Positions 58,673 through 64,000 of a stretch of 64,000 nucleotides of DNA are shown one piece after another (the first letter of the stretch is position 1; each line of letters begins with the position of its first letter). This DNA comes from Candidatus Poribacteria bacterium. Lineage in GTDB: Bacteria; Poribacteria; WGA-4E; PCPOR2b. Below the pieces are notes generated by a model. The model had not been told where the DNA came from. It saw only the letters and a list, made by a program, of their open reading frames with translations, and made no database searches. The DNA is taken from the NCBI GenBank assembly GCA_965116925.1, contig OZ220744.1:2016001-2080000 (forward strand). The letters run 5' to 3'. The translations under genes and the position numbers were made by a program.

Positions 58673-59557
58673 ATGAGTCTTGATGTTCGATCCCCAAAAT
58701 TATTAGACCTGATTGATGCCGATGCAGAACTGAAGCAACTCGGAACAGGTTGTGAATTCACGGAGGGACCTGTCTGGCACGCCGATGGCAAGTTTCTGTT
58801 GTTTAGCGACATCCCTGCAAATCAAATGAAAAAGTGGACAGCGGAGGAAGGTATCACGAACTTCCGTGTTCCTTCGGGGAAATCCAACGGCTTGACCTAC
58901 GATAAGCAGGGTAGGCTTGTAACGTGTGAACATGCCAATCGTCGAGTTTCTCGGACCGAACCTGATGGCACAGTTGTTACGATTGCATCACATTATGAGG
59001 GCAAGCGATTGAACAGTCCGAATGATGTGATTGTGAAGTCGGATGGCAGCATCTATTTCTCCGACCCGCCCTACGGTTTAACAGCCGATTACGGTGTCGA
59101 AGGAGAGCAGGATCTTGACTTTCAAGGTGTCTATCGTCTTTCCCCTGACGGCCAGACGCTGACGCTGTTGGTTGATGATTTTGATCGCCCGAATGGTCTC
59201 TGCTTTTCGCCAGACGAGTCAATCCTTTATATCGACGATACTGAACGTCTGCACGTCCGCGCGTTTGATGTTCAACCGGATGGCACCATTGCAAACGGCC
59301 GGATTTTTGCCGAAGAAGAAGGCGACGATGGTGTGCCCGATGGCATGAAAATTGATGTACATGGGAATGTCTATCTCACCGGTCCAGGGGGTATCTGGAT
59401 TTTTGATACGGCCGGGGAGCATCTTGGTGTCCTCCAAACCCCTGAGCGAGCTGCGAATCTCGGTTGGGGTGGTGATGACTGGAGCACACTTTTCATCACA
59501 GCAAGCACTTCGATTTATAGTATCCAGTGTAAGGTATCGGGAATTCCCGTTTCATAA
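58673..59557 (+). CDS. SMP-30/gluconolactonase family protein
   Basis: FTEGPVW, NSPND, PNGLCFS, PDGMKID; RBS GAGGAGG. Confidence 0.92.
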   Translation: MSLDVRSPKLLDLIDADAELKQLGTGCEFTEGPVWHADGKFLLFSDIPANQMKKWTAEEGITNFRVPSGKSNGLTYDKQGRLVTCEHANRRVSRTEPDGTVVTIASHYEGKRLNSPNDVIVKSDGSIYFSDPPYGLTADYGVEGEQDLDFQGVYRLSPDGQTLTLLVDDFDRPNGLCFSPDESILYIDDTERLHVRAFDVQPDGTIANGRIFAEEEGDDGVPDGMKIDVHGNVYLTGPGGIWIFDTAGEHLGVLQTPERAANLGWGGDDWSTLFITASTSIYSIQCKVSGIPVS

Positions 59558-59566
59558 ACTCTGTGC

Positions 59567-60103
59567 TTGACTGAGGAGATGACAAAAATGCAAAAGTTGA
59601 CACGGTTGGCGATTTTGATTGCTGTCCTTTCTGTTTTGATACTCAGTGCAAATACACCGATAAGCCCACAAATGGGTTCGCGTCCCGATCCAGTCGGGGA
59701 GGAGGGAAATAAGATGGAGATGAAAATTTGGAAAATCGCGCTATTGATGAGCGATATGGAAAAAGCGGAAGATCTGTATGTCAACAAACTCGGTCTTAAA
59801 GTACTAGACCGCCTTGATCTCGGTGAACTGGGTGAGGCGATCTTCTTGGACGCGGGTAATGTGAATCTAGAGCTTATTCCTGCCGCTGCATTTGAGGGAG
59901 TCTGGGGTTTAGATCGTCCGGGCGTACATCACATCTCGTTCAAGTCTGATGATGTTGAGGGTGGCACGGAAGTGCTCCGCGAAAAAGGCGTTACCGTCAA
60001 AAAGGAGCCTTTCCAACCGCTTGAGGGGATGACGCTTGCCTTCTTTGACGGACTTGACGGAGTCAATCTACAACTCTACCGTCACGATAAAGGAGAAGAG
60101 TAA
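59567..60103 (+). CDS. VOC (glyoxalase/epimerase) family protein; alternative start at 59714
   Basis: LELI, GVHHISF..DDV, AFFDG..GVNLQL. Start uncertain. Confidence 0.75.
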   Translation: MTEEMTKMQKLTRLAILIAVLSVLILSANTPISPQMGSRPDPVGEEGNKMEMKIWKIALLMSDMEKAEDLYVNKLGLKVLDRLDLGELGEAIFLDAGNVNLELIPAAAFEGVWGLDRPGVHHISFKSDDVEGGTEVLREKGVTVKKEPFQPLEGMTLAFFDGLDGVNLQLYRHDKGEE

Positions 60104-60253
60104 GAGCATAGTCACGCTGATTGAGACACTCGGAATGGGAAGACGGGAAGGTTGCAACCTGTCTCGTCTTCTCGTTCTCTCGTTTTCTCGTTTTCTCCCG
60201 CTCTCCCCTTCTTTACTTCCTGATCAGCAATTCCACTACAAATTGGCGTACCC

Positions 60254-60700
60254 ATGAAAGTTAGTATCAAACGTCTTGATAAAGATCTACCACTGCCGAT
60301 GTACGAGACAGGCGGTTCTGTCGGTTTTGATCTATTATGCCGTGAATCGGTAACTATCGAGCCGCAGACGGTGGCGTTAATTCCGGCAAACGTCATCATC
60401 GAAACGCCGCCGGGGTATATGTTGATGGTGACGTTGCGTAGCAGTACACCTCGCAAACTGGGATTACTGATCCCGCACGGTGTTGGTATCATTGATCAGG
60501 ACTACTGCGGGGAAGGCGACGAGATCCAGATCCAGATCTATAATTTCACAGACCAACCCGTTACCGTCGAGCGCGGCGATAAGATCGTACAGGGCATCTT
60601 CGTGCGAGTGGATACTGCGGAATGGTCAGAGGTATCTGAAATGGGTTCGGAGACACGTGGTGGGTTTGGCAGCACGGACAAAGGAGGGGTTCATTCGTAG
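60254..60700 (+). CDS. dut: dUTP diphosphatase
   Basis: GFDL, RSS, GIIDQDY, RGGFGST. Confidence 0.92.
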   Translation: MKVSIKRLDKDLPLPMYETGGSVGFDLLCRESVTIEPQTVALIPANVIIETPPGYMLMVTLRSSTPRKLGLLIPHGVGIIDQDYCGEGDEIQIQIYNFTDQPVTVERGDKIVQGIFVRVDTAEWSEVSEMGSETRGGFGSTDKGGVHS

Positions 60701-60760
60701 ATTAATTCATTAGTTTTTAATGAACCTATGTACTGATGTACTAATGAACTCAAAGAAACA

Positions 60761-61579
60761 ATGAAGCAATATTTAGATGCATTGAAACAGATTATAGAAA
60801 CAGGTGTCGACCGTAGTGGGCGTAACGGTTCCACCCGTGCACTGTTCGGAATGCAGATGCGCTATAACATGGCAGACGGTTTTCCCGCTGTCACGACCAA
60901 AAAGCTGGCATTCAAGGTCATGAAAGCCGAACTTTTGGGGTTTTTGAGAGCCTACTCCGATGTCAAGAACTTCCAGAAATTGGGTTGTCATGTCTGGGAT
61001 GCCAATGCGGATGCGGATTACTGGAAACCGAGAGCGCGGTTCGAGGGCGATCTCGGACGAATTTACGGTGTGCAGTGGCGGTCTTGGCAGGCACCCGATG
61101 GACAAATTGTAGACCAGCTTGCTAATGCTATTGAAGGGATTAAAACGCAACCTTACAGCCGCCGCCATGTCGTAACAGCGTGGAATCCGGGTGAGTCAGA
61201 TCAGATGGCACTTGAACCGTGCCCCACACTTTTCCAATTTTTTGTGGCTGAAGGGAAGCTATCGCTTCAGTTGTATCAGCGAAGTTGTGATATGTTTCTT
61301 GGTGTGCCTTTCAATATTGCATCATACTCCCTGCTGCTGCACATGGTCGCGCAAATAACGGACTTGGTGCCGGGCGAGTTTATCCACACCTTGGGTGATG
61401 CACATATCTATCATATTCATTTCGAGCAGGTGGAAACACAGTTGCAGCGGGAACCGTTTGAACTGCCCGAACTTTATCTGAATCCGGAGGTAAAGTCGAT
61501 CGACGATTTCAAGATGCAAGACATCAAGCTGTGCGACTACAAACACCACGGCACGATTAAAGCACCAATGGCTGTATGA
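60761..61579 (+). CDS. thyA: Thymidylate synthase
   Basis: TTKK, LGRIYGVQW, SRR, YQRSCDMFLGVPFNIASY, GDAHIY. Confidence 0.95.
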   Translation: MKQYLDALKQIIETGVDRSGRNGSTRALFGMQMRYNMADGFPAVTTKKLAFKVMKAELLGFLRAYSDVKNFQKLGCHVWDANADADYWKPRARFEGDLGRIYGVQWRSWQAPDGQIVDQLANAIEGIKTQPYSRRHVVTAWNPGESDQMALEPCPTLFQFFVAEGKLSLQLYQRSCDMFLGVPFNIASYSLLLHMVAQITDLVPGEFIHTLGDAHIYHIHFEQVETQLQREPFELPELYLNPEVKSIDDFKMQDIKLCDYKHHGTIKAPMAV

Positions 61580-61591
61580 AAGAGCGTATAG

Positions 61592-62092
61592 ATGATTATC
61601 TCCATCATTGCGGGCATGGACAAAAATCGCCTAATTGGTCATGGCAACCGGTTGCCGTGGAGACTGCCAGCCGATATGAAACACTTCCGGCGATATACGT
61701 TGGGTAAGCCTGTGTTGATGGGGCGTAAAACCTTTGAATCCATTGGCAAACCGTTACCAAAGCGCACCAACATCATATTGACACACGACCGGGATTACCA
61801 AGCGGCGGGCTGCGTCGTGAGCCATTCCATTGAGGAAGCGTTGGATACGGCTAGCGGCTGCGGAGAAATCATGATAATTGGCGGTGCGTCAATTTATGAA
61901 CTGTTTTTGCCGCGGACAGATCGGCTTTATTTAACATATATCCACGATTGTTTTGAAGGCGATGTTTACTTTCCGGCATTTGACCTAGCGGACTGGCAAG
62001 AGATCAAACGGGTTGACTGCCAGCCGGACGAAAAAAACCCGCATCCATACAGCTTTCTCTTCCTGCACAGAAGGAGCGAAGATGCCCGATAA
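61592..62092 (+). CDS. folA: Dihydrofolate reductase
   Basis: LPWRLPAD, MGRKTFESI, PLPKR, IIGGA. Confidence 0.95.
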   Translation: MIISIIAGMDKNRLIGHGNRLPWRLPADMKHFRRYTLGKPVLMGRKTFESIGKPLPKRTNIILTHDRDYQAAGCVVSHSIEEALDTASGCGEIMIIGGASIYELFLPRTDRLYLTYIHDCFEGDVYFPAFDLADWQEIKRVDCQPDEKNPHPYSFLFLHRRSEDAR

Positions 62093-62741
62093 TCAGTTAA
62101 AGCTCTGTATGCTCTCCGGCTCTTTCGAGTACGACTCGGAAGCCTCGCTTGCCGTTTTCCAAGACTATATTGAGAAAAGTCATCCCGTCCAAGCAACACA
62201 GATTATTTATCAAAGTGAAGACGATGATCAATCCCTTGAACCGTTGCAGGACACGGATGTGCTGTTAGTATTCACGCGGCGGCTCAATACCACAGGTGCA
62301 GAACTTGACCGTTTCAAAGCGTATTGTGACGCAGGTAAACCCATCGTCGGGGTACGGACAGCAAGTCACGCTTACGAGAATTGGCTTGACTTTGACAAAG
62401 AGGTCCTTGGCGGAGACTATCAAGGGCATTATGGTGCCGGGATCATCGCCCACGCCGAAGTCAATCCACACGTAAAAGACCATCCCGTCTTACAAGGCAT
62501 CTCAAACTTCGACTCCTATGGTAGCCTTTACAAGAATCCCTCCATTGCAACCGATACCACATTGTTACTAACGGGAAAAACGGAAGAGCACACGGAACCG
62601 GTGGCATGGACGCGCAGCTATCGTGGTGGGCGCGTCTTCTACACCTCGCTCGGTCATCAGAGAGATTTTGAGATTGAGATGTTTTTGCGCCTGCTTGCAA
62701 ATGCGGTGCTTTGGGCGGGTGGTCAGTTGAATACGATGTAA
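62082..62741 (+). CDS. ThuA-like (class I GATase fold) domain protein
   Basis: RTASHA, PVAWTR...GRVFYTSLGH; RBS AAGGAG. Confidence 0.8.
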   Translation: MPDNQLKLCMLSGSFEYDSEASLAVFQDYIEKSHPVQATQIIYQSEDDDQSLEPLQDTDVLLVFTRRLNTTGAELDRFKAYCDAGKPIVGVRTASHAYENWLDFDKEVLGGDYQGHYGAGIIAHAEVNPHVKDHPVLQGISNFDSYGSLYKNPSIATDTTLLLTGKTEEHTEPVAWTRSYRGGRVFYTSLGHQRDFEIEMFLRLLANAVLWAGGQLNTM

Positions 62742-62828
62742 TGCACAGCCAATAGTGCTAAATATCTTGATGAACAGCGAGAGCAATCGCTGCACAGAAC
62801 CAAATTGCAGCTAACGAAGGTAAAACCG

Positions 62829-63842
62829 ATGGAAAAGATTGATTACAGAGACTTTGACCGTGACATCTGGGAAAAGGAGTTGGAGGACTTTGTGCCTGCC
62901 GTGGTCTACGACATGCACACCCACATGTGGTCGGAGGCGCATAAAGGCACACTGACAGGTCCACCCACCGGGCTCCGTTGGGAGATTGACTATCAGGACC
63001 ATCTAGCGTGGGCGGCGAAATTGTATCCGGGACGTGAGATGCACTATCTTGTTTTGGGAACTCCGATGCCGGGCATGGATGCGGCGGGGCACAACGACTG
63101 GATGGCGGCAGAGATGGCGGCAGACCCACAATCGGAAGTCAACATGATGGTCACGCCGGAGATGGCGTCGGATTATGTCGCAGCGCAGGTCAAAAAACAC
63201 GATTTCTTTGGACTGAAACCGTATCGGACATTTGCACCGGATCCGGCAAACGCTCGCATCCGAGATTTCCTGCCCGAATCCTTTATTGAGGTCGCCCACG
63301 ACATGGGACTAGCGATTACCATGCACCTTGCCAAGAAAACAGGCCCGGCCGACCCCGAAAACATTAAAGATTTACAATACTACACGAAACAATATCCGCG
63401 AGCCCAATGGATTCTCGCGCATTGCGCTCGTGCCTTCAACGCATTTATGATGGAGGAGGCAATTCATATCCTCAAAGAGATGCCGAATATCTGGTACGAC
63501 ACATCAGCGGTGAACGACATCTACTCACACTTTCTATTGATGAAACATGAAGATCGCAAACGGGTTATGTTTGGATCAGACAATATCGTGGCGGGGTGTG
63601 CGCGTGGCAAGTATATCACTTATGGTCGTGCGTGGGAATATTATGGCGGTTTTCCAGATCTGCCACACTGCGATCCCACCCCCACGTTTGTGATTTATGA
63701 ACAGTTACGCCAAGAGCGGCAGGTAGCCGATATGCTTGGATTGACGCCCGGTGAGATTGAAGATCATTTTTCTGGAAATGCGATACAGTTCATCAAGCAG
63801 GTAAGAGCGGGACGTGACTGGGAAAAGGAAGGTAACCGATGA
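62829..63842 (+). CDS. Amidohydrolase family protein
   Basis: DMHTH, GLKPY, ILAHCAR, YDTS, FGSD. Confidence 0.85.
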   Translation: MEKIDYRDFDRDIWEKELEDFVPAVVYDMHTHMWSEAHKGTLTGPPTGLRWEIDYQDHLAWAAKLYPGREMHYLVLGTPMPGMDAAGHNDWMAAEMAADPQSEVNMMVTPEMASDYVAAQVKKHDFFGLKPYRTFAPDPANARIRDFLPESFIEVAHDMGLAITMHLAKKTGPADPENIKDLQYYTKQYPRAQWILAHCARAFNAFMMEEAIHILKEMPNIWYDTSAVNDIYSHFLLMKHEDRKRVMFGSDNIVAGCARGKYITYGRAWEYYGGFPDLPHCDPTPTFVIYEQLRQERQVADMLGLTPGEIEDHFSGNAIQFIKQVRAGRDWEKEGNR

Positions 63843-64000
63843 AAAGAACACCACTCTATGAAATCCATCGTACACTTGGGTCAACGTTTACAAAGAGCCA
63901 TGAAGATTGGGAGTTGGTTGGACATTTTACCGATCCGCTTCAAGAACATCATGCTGTGAGACAGGATGTCGGTATCGTAGACCTCTCGCATCGTGGGAGG
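63839..64000 (+). CDS. Aminomethyltransferase (GcvT) family protein, 3' truncated by the window edge
   Basis: MKRTPLYEIH...EHHAVRQDVGIVDLSHRG; ATGA overlap with the upstream gene. Confidence 0.8.
   Translation, partial: MKRTPLYEIHRTLGSTFTKSHEDWELVGHFTDPLQEHHAVRQDVGIVDLSHRGR

Noticed and set aside
60254..62092. Phage nucleotide-metabolism module (dut, thyA, folA)
   Set aside because: No phage structural, replication or integrase genes; flanked by ordinary metabolic genes.

Overview
A ~50% GC bacterial chromosomal segment with about 55 genes and 2 tRNAs (Asn-GTT, Arg-CCG). The gene content suggests Candidatus Poribacteria or a similar lineage (inference only): several Gfo/Idh/MocA, PhyH, SDR and TIM-barrel isomerase genes, an FGE/SUMF1 protein, a Uma2 nuclease, an ankyrin-containing acyltransferase and an NYPNPFNPETWIPYQL-type C-terminal domain. 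Main blocks: MATE/SDR/Gfo; an nfeD-nfeD-floA-floA membrane-microdomain operon; bioB; a catabolic cluster with a tandem-duplicated enolase-superfamily gene, an enoyl-CoA hydratase and a CoA ligase; a stand-alone NuoEF-like flavoprotein; TRAP and ABC transporters; a PhoR-like kinase; mqnD; an orphan DNA methyltransferase; ychF; a copper cluster (RAPP leader, DUF3347-like lipoprotein, TolC-like protein, multicopper oxidase) followed by an unusual FMN-bind/b562-like protein and a Rieske protein; and dut-thyA-folA. Mobile DNA is abundant. An intact IS982 element (13-bp TIRs, 8-bp TSD) splits a secreted-protein gene. A tnpA-less IS200/IS605 tnpB element has ends, target (TTAC) and guide that can be read from the sequence. 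Three families of MITE-like shells, one with Correia-like TATAGT termini, each enclose variable GTAG-anchored REP hairpins; this is the best candidate here for an undescribed system. Remnants include a mini-Rpn retaining only the RpnS-like C-terminus and an amber-interrupted YgiT-type zinc finger. No CRISPR array, rRNA, integrase or prophage was seen. All calls come from motif reading; no database search was run.
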